Shown: positions 10,262 through 20,262, counted from the stretch's first letter. The stretch is DNA of 64,000 bases from an uncultured delta proteobacterium (GCA_963815115.1 CAWFFN010000009.1:800001-864000), one strand, 5' to 3'. Notes: generated from the sequence alone by a model not told the origin. Program-made: numbers and translations.

Positions 10262-10588
10262 CTAGAGGCCTCCGACGTCGTCCGGGTCGACGTCGCGCGC
10301 CTGCTCGGTCGTCGTGACGGTCTGACCGAAGCGCTCGCGCACGAGCTGCAGCACGCTGGTGTAGACCTTCTCGCCCTGCTCGTCGCGCACGACGAAGAAG
10401 GGCGCACGCTCGACGCCCAGGCGGGCACCGAGCACCATGCCGGGGCTCTCGGGATCGTCCTCGTGCGCCCACACGACCTCGTCGATCCGGTCCCAGAGGC
10501 CGCGCGACCTGAGATGCTCCGTGGCCTCGGCGCACTTGCGGCAGTCGGTGCCGTCCCGGAGCTTCTTCTTCACCATGGTGACGTGCAT
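10262..10588 (-). CDS. Small thioredoxin/glutaredoxin-like protein with CxxC
   Basis: CRKC near the N-terminus and a cis-Pro-like RAPFF segment. Confidence 0.7.
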   Translation of the reverse strand: MHVTMVKKKLRDGTDCRKCAEATEHLRSRGLWDRIDEVVWAHEDDPESPGMVLGARLGVERAPFFVVRDEQGEKVYTSVLQLVRERFGQTVTTTEQARDVDPDDVGGL

Positions 10589-10597
10589 GGCCGGGAC

Positions 10598-11347
10598 TTA
10601 ACGCCCGCCGGGGCCGTCCGGCAAGCGCGCGGCCTTCCCTGTCGGGCGACGTCCGTGCGCGACGTTCTTCAGCGCTTCGCGCCGGGACAGCGCACGCAGC
10701 GCGTGGTGGCGCTCCTGGACCCAATTCGCGACCAGTCCGGGATCGGTCCAGGCGAGATCACGCAACGCCCAGCCGATCGCCTTCTGGAGGAAGAACTCGC
10801 GCGAGCCGATGGACGGCTCGATGCAGTCGCGGAGCAACGCGATGTCCGTGTCGCGCTTGAATCCGAGCTGGCAGATGATCGCGGTGCGGCGCTTCCAGAG
10901 ATTTCTCGAACGGGCCCAGACGCGCATGCGCGCGGCCGTGCGTGCCGGCTCGCGGCGCAGCACGTCGCCGAGCCGGTGTGCGATCGCGTCGACGTAGTCC
11001 CACCACGCGCCGGTCACGATCATCTCCTCGTACATCGGGATGGCGCGTCCGGTCTGGAGCGCGGCGTAGCGACGATCGCTCGCCAGCTCGATCGCCGCGT
11101 AGCGGTGCTCGCGATGCGAGGCGCGGCGCCAGAGCGTCAGGATGGCCTCGCGCCAGACCTCCGCCTCCTCGAGCGGATGTCGGGCGAAGCTGGCGCGGCA
11201 GGTGCGGCGCAGCGCTGGTGTCGGGATGCCGAGGTACGGCATCGACGACTTCATGTAGCGCTGCATCGCGGGTGCCTTCGCCGGGTCGGCGATCGCGGCG
11301 AGCGCGCTGCGGACGTCGGCGACGAGCTTGCGCGAGGCGCGGGTCAC
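10598..11347 (-). CDS. DNA alkylation repair protein (AlkD-like HEAT-repeat glycosylase)
   Basis: MQRYMKS, WWDYVD and EFFLQKAIGWALR motifs. Confidence 0.85.
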   Translation of the reverse strand: MTRASRKLVADVRSALAAIADPAKAPAMQRYMKSSMPYLGIPTPALRRTCRASFARHPLEEAEVWREAILTLWRRASHREHRYAAIELASDRRYAALQTGRAIPMYEEMIVTGAWWDYVDAIAHRLGDVLRREPARTAARMRVWARSRNLWKRRTAIICQLGFKRDTDIALLRDCIEPSIGSREFFLQKAIGWALRDLAWTDPGLVANWVQERHHALRALSRREALKNVAHGRRPTGKAARLPDGPGGR

Positions 11348-11434
11348 CCGCGGCGACTACCACGAGAGTCGCCTCGGGTTGAAGACCGCCCGCTCCGGTT
11401 GTCTGTGCCCGACGTCGTGCGCTAGACGGTCGTC

Positions 11435-11863
11435 ATGGCCTGTGCCGCCTGCGAACGTATCGAGCGTGGCCGGGCGGGGCGCGACGCCGACTTCGTCGCC
11501 ACGCTCTCCGAGTCGGTCGTGTTCCTGGCAGACGAGCAGGTGTACCGCGGCTACTGTCTGGTGCTGTTGAAGGATCACGTCGAGCACCTCGGCGACCTGG
11601 CGCTCGAGCGCCAGCTCCGCCTGTGGGAGGACGTGTCGCGCGTCGCGGCGACGCTCCGCGCCCAGGTCGCGCCGGTGCGGATCAACTACGCCTGCCTCGG
11701 CAACTTCCTGACCCACGTGCACTGGCACGTCATCCCACGCCACGCGGACGACCCCGAGCCGCAGCACCCGATCTGGGTCCGTCCGCTGGACGAGCGTCGC
11801 GTGTCGCTTCCCGAGGCGGAGCGGCGCGCGCTCATCGCCAGCCTCCGCCGCGCGCTCGTCTGA
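11435..11863 (+). CDS. HIT family hydrolase
   Basis: N-terminal CxxC and HVHWHVIPR histidine triad. Confidence 0.9.
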   Translation: MACAACERIERGRAGRDADFVATLSESVVFLADEQVYRGYCLVLLKDHVEHLGDLALERQLRLWEDVSRVAATLRAQVAPVRINYACLGNFLTHVHWHVIPRHADDPEPQHPIWVRPLDERRVSLPEAERRALIASLRRALV

Positions 11864-11885
11864 CGTCCACGAGCCGGAGCGCCGC

Positions 11886-12716
11886 TCACCAGAGCTGGAC
11901 CTTCGGCGAGATCCCGAAGAGGACGCCCCAGCGATCGCCGCCGGCAAGCCACCCGCGCAACCCGACCAGCGAGAGATCGAGCGTCTCCGTCGGCGAGAAG
12001 GTGATGCCTATGGTCGTGGTCAGCTGATCGGTGTCCGGCGAGAAGTAGCGCACGCCGCCCAGTTCTGCGGTGATCGACCAGCGGCCGGACTCGACGAGCG
12101 GCCGGTCGAGACCGAGACCTCCCTCGACGGCCTTGGGACGTGGGGTGTGCGGGTCACCCGCGGGGTCGATGAGACCGCCGAGGTTCACCACCGCCTGGGT
12201 CTTGCGAACGCGACAGCCGAGCAGCAGCAGCCCTTCCACGCCGACGCCCTGGTTGCCCCGCGCCAGGGGGAGCTTCGGGCCGAGCTGGATGCCGCTCGTC
12301 CAGGCGATGTCGGCGACGGGGTCGGAGAAATCCAGCAGGCCGGCCTTGATCGAGGTCCAGAGGTTGTCGGGCGCCCAGCGGTCGATGACGAAGGCGCCGG
12401 TGTCCGGACCGCCGACCGCGAGCTCGCCGTCGATGTCGAGCTCGATGCTGGAGGTTATGCCGAGGTCGAGCTCGAAGTCGGGCGTGGATACACGATAGGC
12501 GTCGCGTCCGCGCACGAGGCCGTACTGCATGTCGAGCTCCATCATGCCCGGCTCCTCGAGCTCCATGTCGGTCGGCTCGAAGGCGCGGCGGACGGCTGCC
12601 CCGCGCACGCCGGGCGGGTGGAGCAGCACGAGTCCGAGACACGCCGCTGCGACGGCCCCGGCGGGGCGCCGCTTGCGGCTGGGCGATCGCGATCCGGTAC
12701 GGCTCGGCGCGGGCAC
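11886..12716 (-). CDS. Hypothetical exported, probable outer-membrane beta-barrel protein (start uncertain)
   Basis: Signal-like segment, alternating beta-strand patterns, C-terminal aromatic residue (KVQLW). Confidence 0.6.
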   Translation of the reverse strand: MPAPSRTGSRSPSRKRRPAGAVAAACLGLVLLHPPGVRGAAVRRAFEPTDMELEEPGMMELDMQYGLVRGRDAYRVSTPDFELDLGITSSIELDIDGELAVGGPDTGAFVIDRWAPDNLWTSIKAGLLDFSDPVADIAWTSGIQLGPKLPLARGNQGVGVEGLLLLGCRVRKTQAVVNLGGLIDPAGDPHTPRPKAVEGGLGLDRPLVESGRWSITAELGGVRYFSPDTDQLTTTIGITFSPTETLDLSLVGLRGWLAGGDRWGVLFGISPKVQLW

Positions 12717-12833
12717 GGCGTCTTGTAGCGGAGACCGCGATGGCTTCCCACCATGGCTGCGTAACGCCGGGGTGCTTGGCGGCCGGAGACGGTCTGCTAT
12801 GAAGGAAGGGATCGTGCGGCAAAGGAGAACGTT

Positions 12834-13118
12834 ATGAAGAAGACGTTCACGATACCCACTCTGACCGTGGCCGCGCTCCTGTTGCTCGCGCCCCAGGCCG
12901 GTGCCCTCACCTCGTCGCAGCAGCGGATGAAGGACTGCAACGCGGATGCCGACGGAAAGAAGGGTCCCGAGCGGCAGGCGTTCATGAAGACCTGTCTGGC
13001 GGAAAAGGAGCAGACGCAGCAGGAGAAGATGAAGACCTGCAATGCGGACGCGAGCGCGAAGTCGCTCAAGGGCACCGATCGCCGGAAGTTCATGAGCACC
13101 TGCCTGTCGTCGCACTGA
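12834..13118 (+). CDS. psiF: PsiF family secreted protein
   Basis: Signal peptide and two QQxxMKxCNA...FMxxCL repeats; AAGGAG RBS. Confidence 0.85.
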   Translation: MKKTFTIPTLTVAALLLLAPQAGALTSSQQRMKDCNADADGKKGPERQAFMKTCLAEKEQTQQEKMKTCNADASAKSLKGTDRRKFMSTCLSSH

Positions 13119-13126
13119 CGAACCGG

Positions 13127-14362
13127 TCAACGCGACTCGACGTCCGCCGTGGTCACGTGCTCGGGCCGGATGCCGATGCCGACCACGTGTGCCGGAAGTC
13201 GGCGCAGGAGCGGGAAGCGCGCCAGCAGCTTCAGGAAGAACGGCGGCTCCGGGAGTCCGGTGCTTCCCAGCACCGGGGAGACGACGCGATTCTGGAGCTG
13301 GAGCTGCACCCACTGGGTGGCGCGCGCGGCGAACTCGCGCCGTCGCTGGACGCGGCGGAGATCGTCCAGGCCGAGGCGACGCGCGCGAAGCGGGGCCGCG
13401 AGCGCGTTGGCGGCGGCGACGGCGTCCTGGATGGCGAGGTTGATCCCGACGCCACCGATCGGCGACATCGCGTGCGCGGCATCCCCGATGCACAGCAGAC
13501 CCGGGAGGTACCAGCGCCGCAGGCGGTCGACCTGCACGGTGAGGAGCTTCACCTGATCCCAGTCGCGTAGCTCGTCCGCGCGCTGCCTCGGGAAGGGCGC
13601 GATCAGGGACACCTCGTCACGGAACGCCTCGAGCCCGCGCCGGCGGATCTCGTCCGCGGAGCCCTTGGGAATGACGTAGCCGCACTGCCAGTACTGCCCG
13701 CGATCGAGCGCGACGAAGATTCGCCCGGCGTCGAACCGTCCCATGACGCCGGCGGGGTCGGCGGATCCGCGCGAGACGCGGAACCAGAGAACGTCCATCG
13801 GGGCGCCGAACGCTTCCACCTCGAGGCCGGCCCGCTGGCGGAGCAGGGAGCTTCGGCCGTCGGCAGCGACCACGAGGTCGGCGTGAATCTCGAGCGGCCC
13901 CTCCGGGGTGGTGGCGCGGATGCCGGTCACCCGGTCGGCCTCGCGCAGGAGGTCGGTCGCCTCGGCTCGCATCAGCAGCCGGAAGGCGGGACGCCGCGCG
14001 GCCTGCTGCGCGATGAAGTTCAGGAAGTCCCACTGTGGCATGAGGGCGATGAAGCGGCAGGGGGCGGAGAGGTGGCTGAAATCTGCGATCGGCCGGATCG
14101 TCTCGCCGATCTGGACGCGAAGCTCGCTCACCTCCTGATGCGGCAGCGCGAGGAACTGCTCCAGGAGCCCGAGCTCGTGCAGGATGGTCAGCGTGGATGG
14201 GTGGATGGTGTCGCCGCGAAAGTCGCGCAGGAAGTCGGCGTGCTTCTCGAGGACGGTCACGCCGACCCCGGCGCGCGCGAGCAGGAAGCCGAGCATCATG
14301 CCGGCCGGACCTCCGCCGACGACGCAGCAGCGCACCGGCTGGCCGTCACCCTCCTGGCGCAC
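13127..14362 (-). CDS. FAD-dependent oxidoreductase/monooxygenase
   Basis: VVGGGPAG, RDFRGDTIH, ADGRSS and GDAAHAMSPIGGVGINLAIQD motifs; start reassigned to GTG 14362. Confidence 0.9.
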   Translation of the reverse strand: MRQEGDGQPVRCCVVGGGPAGMMLGFLLARAGVGVTVLEKHADFLRDFRGDTIHPSTLTILHELGLLEQFLALPHQEVSELRVQIGETIRPIADFSHLSAPCRFIALMPQWDFLNFIAQQAARRPAFRLLMRAEATDLLREADRVTGIRATTPEGPLEIHADLVVAADGRSSLLRQRAGLEVEAFGAPMDVLWFRVSRGSADPAGVMGRFDAGRIFVALDRGQYWQCGYVIPKGSADEIRRRGLEAFRDEVSLIAPFPRQRADELRDWDQVKLLTVQVDRLRRWYLPGLLCIGDAAHAMSPIGGVGINLAIQDAVAAANALAAPLRARRLGLDDLRRVQRRREFAARATQWVQLQLQNRVVSPVLGSTGLPEPPFFLKLLARFPLLRRLPAHVVGIGIRPEHVTTADVESR

Positions 14363-14443
14363 TCCCCACCTATAGCAGCGGCGTTCCCGGACCGCATAGC
14401 GAATCGTTTGACGGTTGCGGCGCCGGTGCGGGACAATCCGCAG

Positions 14444-15100
14444 GTGGGGCAGACCGCGCACCGCGTCGTCGTCGTCGAGGATCACCCGATCTTCCGCACC
14501 GGCCTGGCGCAATGCCTCGACGCGGAGCCCGACTTCGAGGTGGTGGGACAGTGGGCCGACGGCTCGATCGAGGTCGATGCCCTGTCCGCCCTCGACCCGG
14601 ACATCGTCCTGATGGACATCGAGCTGCCCGGGGCGAGCGGCATCGAGGTGACCAGGCGGATCCGTCAGGCGCGCCCCGACCTGCGCGTGGTGATCCTGAC
14701 CGCATTTGCCGACGCCAACCTGCTCTTCGCCGCGATGCAGAGCGGGGCGGTCGGCTACATGCTGAAGCACACGCCCGCGCCCGAGCTGGTGGCGACCCTC
14801 CGCCGCATCGCCGACGGCGAGCACGTGCTCGGACCCGATCTCGCGTCGCGCTTCCTGGAGGAGTTCCGTACCCGTCAGATGCGCCCCCGCCCGCTGCCGC
14901 TCGATCAGCTCTCGGCGCGCGAGGAAGAGGTGCTCAAGCTGCTGGCCACCGGCGAGACCAACCGTGAGATCGCCCGCCGGCTCTTCGTCAGCGAGGAAAC
15001 GGTCAAGTCGCATGTCGCGTCCATCTTCCGGAAGCTCGAGGTCTCCGACCGGACACGAGCAGCGCTCCTCGCGGTCAAGGCGGGCCTCGTTGATCCGTAA
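14444..15100 (+). CDS. NarL/LuxR family response regulator
   Basis: VVVEDH, LMDIELP receiver motifs and LSAREEEVL...TVKSHV HTH; start approximate. Confidence 0.9.
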   Translation: MGQTAHRVVVVEDHPIFRTGLAQCLDAEPDFEVVGQWADGSIEVDALSALDPDIVLMDIELPGASGIEVTRRIRQARPDLRVVILTAFADANLLFAAMQSGAVGYMLKHTPAPELVATLRRIADGEHVLGPDLASRFLEEFRTRQMRPRPLPLDQLSAREEEVLKLLATGETNREIARRLFVSEETVKSHVASIFRKLEVSDRTRAALLAVKAGLVDP

Positions 15101-16682
15101 GCTCTTCCCGCCAGCGCCGGCGGGACCGCGCGAGCGGTTCGCCTGGCTGCGGTTCCTGCATCAGCCGCTGGCGGCGGTGGGCCTTCTCGCCGTCGAACCA
15201 TCGGCGTGGCCGCTCTACGTGTCGGTGCTGCTCGTCCTCACGCTCGAGTGGCCGTTCCACATCCAGCTCGTCGAGGACATGGAGATCTATCCCTCCGCGG
15301 AGTGGACGAGCGCCGCCGCGGCCTACATCCTCGGGGCGGCGTTCCTCCCCATCTTCTGGCTCTCGGCGACGCTCGGGTTCTTCCTGATCTTCGTCCTCGA
15401 CAGCGCCGGGCTCGTGCGCGCGGACGGGATCGCGGCCGACACCGTGCGCGCGATCCGCGGCCAGCCCGCGCCGCCCGCGGTCGGTGTCGACGGGCACCTG
15501 CGCGGATTCGTGAACGTCAGCACGCACGCGATCCGCATCGCCGCGGTGGCGGTGCTGCGCGCGGCCGCTCCCGGCGCTCCGCTGTTCGTGCTCGTGCTGG
15601 TCACGGAGGGCGCGGTCGCGACCTGGCTGGCGCTGGTCCCGATCCCCGGACGCATGGCGCCGCGCCGGCGCTGGAACGCGCTCGCCGCCGCGCTCGGTCA
15701 GGACATGCTGGTCGCCACCGCGGCGCTCCAGCTCGTCATGGTCTACTTCCTGCTCGTGACCTACGAGCGCGGCGGCATGCCCGCGTTCGTCGGTGGCAGC
15801 ATCTGCACCCTCTTCCTGCACGGCATCCTGAAGCGTCTGAACGACGCCCGCGTGGAGAGCGAGCGCCAGCGACGCCAGGTGCTGCGGATGCAGGAGGAGC
15901 TCGATCGCGGCCACCGACTCGCCGTCATCGGCGGCACCGCGTCGGCGGTGTTCCACCAGATCGCCCGCCAGCACGGCGCAATCGGGATGCTGGCGCATCT
16001 CCTGGTGCGCGACGCGAGCGTCGAGGGTGGCGGGGCGCGCGAGAGCGTGCGCGAGCATGCGGCCGGCATTCTCACCAGCGTCGAGGAGGCGAACCGGGTC
16101 ATCGACGAGCTCCTGCGCTTCGGGCAGGACCGGGCACTCAATCTCTACACGCAGTCGCTCCACGCCCTCATCGAGACCTGCATCGCCGATTGCCGGCCAC
16201 GCGCCGACGAGCGCGGGGTGTGCCTCGAGGTGTTCCAGGGTCCCGACCAGGACGTCGTGGTCGACAAGCACAAGATCAAGCAGGCGCTCGGCAACGTGCT
16301 CGACAACGCGATCGAGGCCTCGGCCGCGGGAGGCAGGATCGAGGTGCGGCCGTCACTCGAGGGCCGACTCGCACGCATCGCGGTGCGCGACTACGGAGCC
16401 GGCGTCCCGGAGAGCGTGCGCGCGCGGCTGTTCACGCCCTTCTGCACCACGAAGTCGCGCGGCATCGGGCTCGGCCTCGCGCTCGCCCGCGAGCTGGTGG
16501 AGGCCCACGGCGGCGAGGTGACGTGGCTCCCGGCCGAGCCGGGCGCCGTCTTCGTCCTCACAATCCCGACCCGAGACCTCGTCTCGGGCGGCCCGGAGAG
16601 CGAGGTTGATGCCCGACCGCCACTGCGAGTGTCGAGCCGCGGCCGGCGAAGCCGGCGCGGCATACGAGGCTCGACCGTGTAG
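15090..16682 (+). CDS. Membrane sensor histidine kinase with atypical H-box
   Basis: Multiple TM helices; N-box NVLDNAIEA, DYGAG, F-box FTPFCTTK and GIGLGL; TTG start overlaps the regulator stop. Confidence 0.8.
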   Translation: MIRKLFPPAPAGPRERFAWLRFLHQPLAAVGLLAVEPSAWPLYVSVLLVLTLEWPFHIQLVEDMEIYPSAEWTSAAAAYILGAAFLPIFWLSATLGFFLIFVLDSAGLVRADGIAADTVRAIRGQPAPPAVGVDGHLRGFVNVSTHAIRIAAVAVLRAAAPGAPLFVLVLVTEGAVATWLALVPIPGRMAPRRRWNALAAALGQDMLVATAALQLVMVYFLLVTYERGGMPAFVGGSICTLFLHGILKRLNDARVESERQRRQVLRMQEELDRGHRLAVIGGTASAVFHQIARQHGAIGMLAHLLVRDASVEGGGARESVREHAAGILTSVEEANRVIDELLRFGQDRALNLYTQSLHALIETCIADCRPRADERGVCLEVFQGPDQDVVVDKHKIKQALGNVLDNAIEASAAGGRIEVRPSLEGRLARIAVRDYGAGVPESVRARLFTPFCTTKSRGIGLGLALARELVEAHGGEVTWLPAEPGAVFVLTIPTRDLVSGGPESEVDARPPLRVSSRGRRSRRGIRGSTV

Positions 16683-16821
16683 CCGCGACGCCAGGGACGC
16701 CGACCTCGGGATGCCCACGTTCTGCCGCGCCGGCTTTGCCGGCCGCGGCTCGGCGCCCGCTCGATTCACCGGGCGCCACACGCTCGCCTCCGCTCTCGAC
16801 CCGAGACGAGGTCTCGGGTCG
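16567..16821. repeat. Nested inverted-repeat element (REP/REPIN- or MITE-like)
   Basis: Perfect 22-bp IR at 16567-16588/16800-16821 (CGACCCGAGACCTCGTCTCGGG) enclosing a 30-bp IR at 16633-16662/16723-16752 with one mismatch; each arm is itself palindromic. Confidence 0.75.
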
Positions 16822-16826
16822 TCGAT

Positions 16827-18134
16827 CTACTTCCCGAAGCGGTTCAGCGTCTGGTAGTCGAAGAAGGACGGGGCGAGCGGGATGCGCCGGTCCTGGGGGA
16901 CGTCGCCGGGCAGCGACGGGCCCGCGATCGTGGCCCGGGAGGCCTTCACGTTCTCCGCGGTCTGGTATCCGAACGTGGATCCGAGCCAGCGCTCCGTGGC
17001 GTTGTACGGAGCGGATGGCGGCCCCGTCACCTGGTAGGTGTTGAGCAGGTCACCCTGCCAGGAGAACTTCCGGTTCCACGCTCCCGTGTACGTGTAGTCG
17101 TCGACCCACAGCTCGATCTTGCCGTAGAGGTAGTAGCGGTCCTTCGGGACGCCTTCCAGCACCCAGACCTTGCGCTTGGTGAGCGCGCCGGCGACGGGCG
17201 CCCACGCGATGCCCTTCCAGTCCTTCACCTGGGCGCCGAACGTGCGCTCGTTGTTGGAGAACGGCGTCCGCCAGCCGCCGCCCGGGAGCGGGCGGCGGAC
17301 CACCTTGCCGGCCAGCGCGTCGGGGTCGGTCATGCGCAGCGCATCGTGGTGACCGACGAGCTTCCACGTGAAGTCCTCCGGCTTGCCGTCGAAGAAGTTG
17401 CCGTCGTCCTGGCTCAGGTCGGAGCCGAGGAAGCCGTCCGAGCGGTTGGCGGGCGACACCGCCCGCACCCGGCGGAGCGACGGCACGTAGGCCCAGTTGG
17501 CGTCGCGCTTCGTCGGGTCCTTGTAGCGCCAGGAGAGCGCGGCCGTGCCCTGCAGGTCGGCGGGGGTGAGGGTGAGCGCGATGAACTGGAAGAGCAGGTC
17601 CTCGGGGTTGCTCGTCGGGCTGTAATGCTTCGGCTGCCCGTCGTAGTAGAGGAAGGTCACGTCCTGGCCCGCCTCGCGCTCGACCCGCGTGGGGCTGACC
17701 CATGAGAGGGACGTCACGTTGCGGCTGTTTCCTCCCGTGTAGACCGTGTAGATCGTGTTCCACAGCACCTTCACGGCGGCGTCCGGATCGTCCTCGCGGA
17801 TGTCGGGGAAGGGATGCCCCATGATGTAGCCCGGTCGCTTGTTCGTCGACCTGTCGACGGGCTGCTTGCTGGCGTCCAGGGTCAGGTTCTTCGCGTTCTG
17901 CGCGCTCGCCTCCGCGTAGCCGTCGTCCCAGTTGAAGGCCGAGTTCGGGAAGTCGACGATCTTGTTGGTGTACTCACCCTTCTGGTAGTGGCTCAGGATC
18001 TCCGGCGGCAGGAGATCCTTCGCCTGGTCGGCATTCGATTTGTCGAGCGTCGTGCCGACTGCGAGCTCCGCTCGCGCGCGGCCGCCGAGCATCAGCACGG
18101 CGGTCAGGAGCAGGAGCAGCGTCGTCTTTCTCAT
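16827..18134 (-). CDS. DUF1329 family exported protein (outer-membrane lipoprotein-sorting-like)
   Basis: Signal peptide, G-x-PFP, WAYVPSLRRVR and RSDGFLGSD motifs. Confidence 0.85.
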   Translation of the reverse strand: MRKTTLLLLLTAVLMLGGRARAELAVGTTLDKSNADQAKDLLPPEILSHYQKGEYTNKIVDFPNSAFNWDDGYAEASAQNAKNLTLDASKQPVDRSTNKRPGYIMGHPFPDIREDDPDAAVKVLWNTIYTVYTGGNSRNVTSLSWVSPTRVEREAGQDVTFLYYDGQPKHYSPTSNPEDLLFQFIALTLTPADLQGTAALSWRYKDPTKRDANWAYVPSLRRVRAVSPANRSDGFLGSDLSQDDGNFFDGKPEDFTWKLVGHHDALRMTDPDALAGKVVRRPLPGGGWRTPFSNNERTFGAQVKDWKGIAWAPVAGALTKRKVWVLEGVPKDRYYLYGKIELWVDDYTYTGAWNRKFSWQGDLLNTYQVTGPPSAPYNATERWLGSTFGYQTAENVKASRATIAGPSLPGDVPQDRRIPLAPSFFDYQTLNRFGK

Positions 18135-18227
18135 CAGGAGGTCTCCCCCAGGTGTTCGTCGAGCTCAACAGCTATAGCCGAACTGGGGCCCTCACCGGAA
18201 GCGGAACGCATATAAGGCCACTGCGGC

Positions 18228-20087
18228 TCAGTTCATCTGGTACGTCACGCGGAACGACACCTGCGAGCGGTCGCGGAAGTACCCGGTCGGGAACGTGAAG
18301 GCGCCTCCCATGAGCACGTACTGCAGGTCGAGGAGGAACGAATCCGAGAAGCGGTAGGTGACGTTCATCGGGAAGGCATATGTCCCGTCGGTCCCGATGA
18401 TGGCCGTGATGGCCGGGGTGATGCGGCCGTGCATGTAGTCGGTCTGCAGGTGGGTCTGGACGAAGGAGACGTAGGGGTAGAGGTCGACGAAATCGTTGGC
18501 CACCGTGTGCAGCTTCGAGAACGTGTTGATGGTGAGACCGTTCGTGTTCGCGCCCGATTTGACGCCTGTCCTGGTCACCTTCTGCTGTCCCCCGAATCGG
18601 AAGTCCTGGCCGGTGAAGGTCTCGGTCATGTTCCACTGCCCGACATACGCGGTGACCCAGGTGAAGCTGTTGTAGGGGTTGAGGGTGCGGAAGAAGAAGT
18701 TCCGGTCGTAGCCGAGCTCGAAGCGCAGGAAGTTGGCCGTCGGGACGGTGCCGTGGTCGGGTCCGGGCGTGGCCTTCTGGCCGAGGGAGGCGAGCAGCGG
18801 CTTCAGCCCGGGCGCGCGCAGCGCGGCCTCGAACGGGATGTTCTGGTTCGGGATGAAGGCCGGCTCGTCGAGGAAGAACTCCGCCTCCGTGCGCACGATG
18901 CCGTCGAGCGGTTCACTGAACCACGACACGGCGCCCCCGGCGACGTTCTCCAGCCCGTGCTCGATCGCGGTGATGAGCTGGGTCGGGCCCTTGGCGCCGG
19001 GGTGGACGATGGGGGCCCGGGAGAGATCCAGGGGCAGGAACACGGGGACCCCTGCCGTCGCGAAGGTGCGGTAGTACCAGATGCTGGCGGTGTAGTCGCG
19101 AGCGACGATGCCGCCGAAGCGGAAGCCGAAGCGGCTGTTCGCCATCGTCCGCGACGGGAGGTGATCGTACAGCCCGATGCGGATCCCTCCCAGCGCCGTG
19201 TGGACGACGGGGCCTGCGATGTCCGGCGGGATCAGGCCCGCGACCAGAGCCTGTGGGTCGGGTTGTGGCGGGGAGTACGGGCTGGCGGTCGGGATCGGCG
19301 TCTGGCTGACGGTAGTGTCGATGCTGCCGGGAACCCAGTAGCCTTCGCCGTAGGCGCTCGAGATCGGGCCCCAGTGGTCGAAGAGGTTGTAGGTGGTGCG
19401 GAGCGTGAAGAGCGGGATGCGCGCCTCGTCCACGTCCTGGAAGACGCCGGGGATGGCAAGGGTCTGGTTGAAGGGGTTGTTCGCGTCGAGCAGCGCCACC
19501 GTGTCGGACTCGCCCCACGAGATCGCCTGGCGCCCGATGCGCACGAACAGCGGTCCCTTGGTGAAGTTGAGGTACATCTCGTTGAAGCGGAACGGCACCT
19601 CCTTGTAGCTCCCGAGCACGGGATCCGGCTGGTACTCGTAGGTCGCGCGCGGGTCGATCAGCGTGTCCGTGTGGCTGATTGCAGCCGTTCTCGTGTGGCC
19701 CTGGGAGATGCGCCCCTGGATGTTGTTGATGGCGCGGTCGTACTGCGACGTGCCGTAGTTGTAGATGCCGTCGTAGAAGCCCCAGAGCGCGAGCCGGAAG
19801 GAGAAGTCGTCGAGCGAGAACGGCTGGTAGCGCGTGAGCTTGGCGTCGAACTCCGGATTCATGAAGTTGCGGCTCTCGATGAGCTGCATCGGCGCTCGCG
19901 CCGGCACGGTCTGCGGCTCGGAGTACTCGGCCGAGAACGCCCACTGGCTGTAGAAGCGCCCGCGCAGCTCGAAGTCGTGGTTGTCGTCGAGGTAGAAGGC
20001 GTGCGCGCGGATCGCGGGGATCACCAGGGCGACGGCGGTGAGGATGCACGCCCGCCATGGCCACTCCGGACGATGACGGTCTGACAC
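18228..20087 (-). CDS. DUF1302 family outer-membrane protein (start uncertain)
   Basis: Signal peptide ending RAHA, RIGRQAISWGESD motif, C-terminal RDRSQVSFRVTYQ; adjacent to DUF1329. Confidence 0.8.
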   Translation of the reverse strand: MSDRHRPEWPWRACILTAVALVIPAIRAHAFYLDDNHDFELRGRFYSQWAFSAEYSEPQTVPARAPMQLIESRNFMNPEFDAKLTRYQPFSLDDFSFRLALWGFYDGIYNYGTSQYDRAINNIQGRISQGHTRTAAISHTDTLIDPRATYEYQPDPVLGSYKEVPFRFNEMYLNFTKGPLFVRIGRQAISWGESDTVALLDANNPFNQTLAIPGVFQDVDEARIPLFTLRTTYNLFDHWGPISSAYGEGYWVPGSIDTTVSQTPIPTASPYSPPQPDPQALVAGLIPPDIAGPVVHTALGGIRIGLYDHLPSRTMANSRFGFRFGGIVARDYTASIWYYRTFATAGVPVFLPLDLSRAPIVHPGAKGPTQLITAIEHGLENVAGGAVSWFSEPLDGIVRTEAEFFLDEPAFIPNQNIPFEAALRAPGLKPLLASLGQKATPGPDHGTVPTANFLRFELGYDRNFFFRTLNPYNSFTWVTAYVGQWNMTETFTGQDFRFGGQQKVTRTGVKSGANTNGLTINTFSKLHTVANDFVDLYPYVSFVQTHLQTDYMHGRITPAITAIIGTDGTYAFPMNVTYRFSDSFLLDLQYVLMGGAFTFPTGYFRDRSQVSFRVTYQMN

Positions 20088-20262
20088 GATGCGCAATCCC
20101 CCTCGTCCCCACAGCATGCAGGCTGAGCGTGGGTAGCGGCGTTCGTTACGCGGAATCGCCGTTCGCATGGAATCACCCGCAGCGGGGGTATTGGTCACCC
20201 GTTCGGGTGAATCTACGGCTCGGACGGGTGCGTCGACGCGCTCGGGTGAAACGGCGCGTCCC

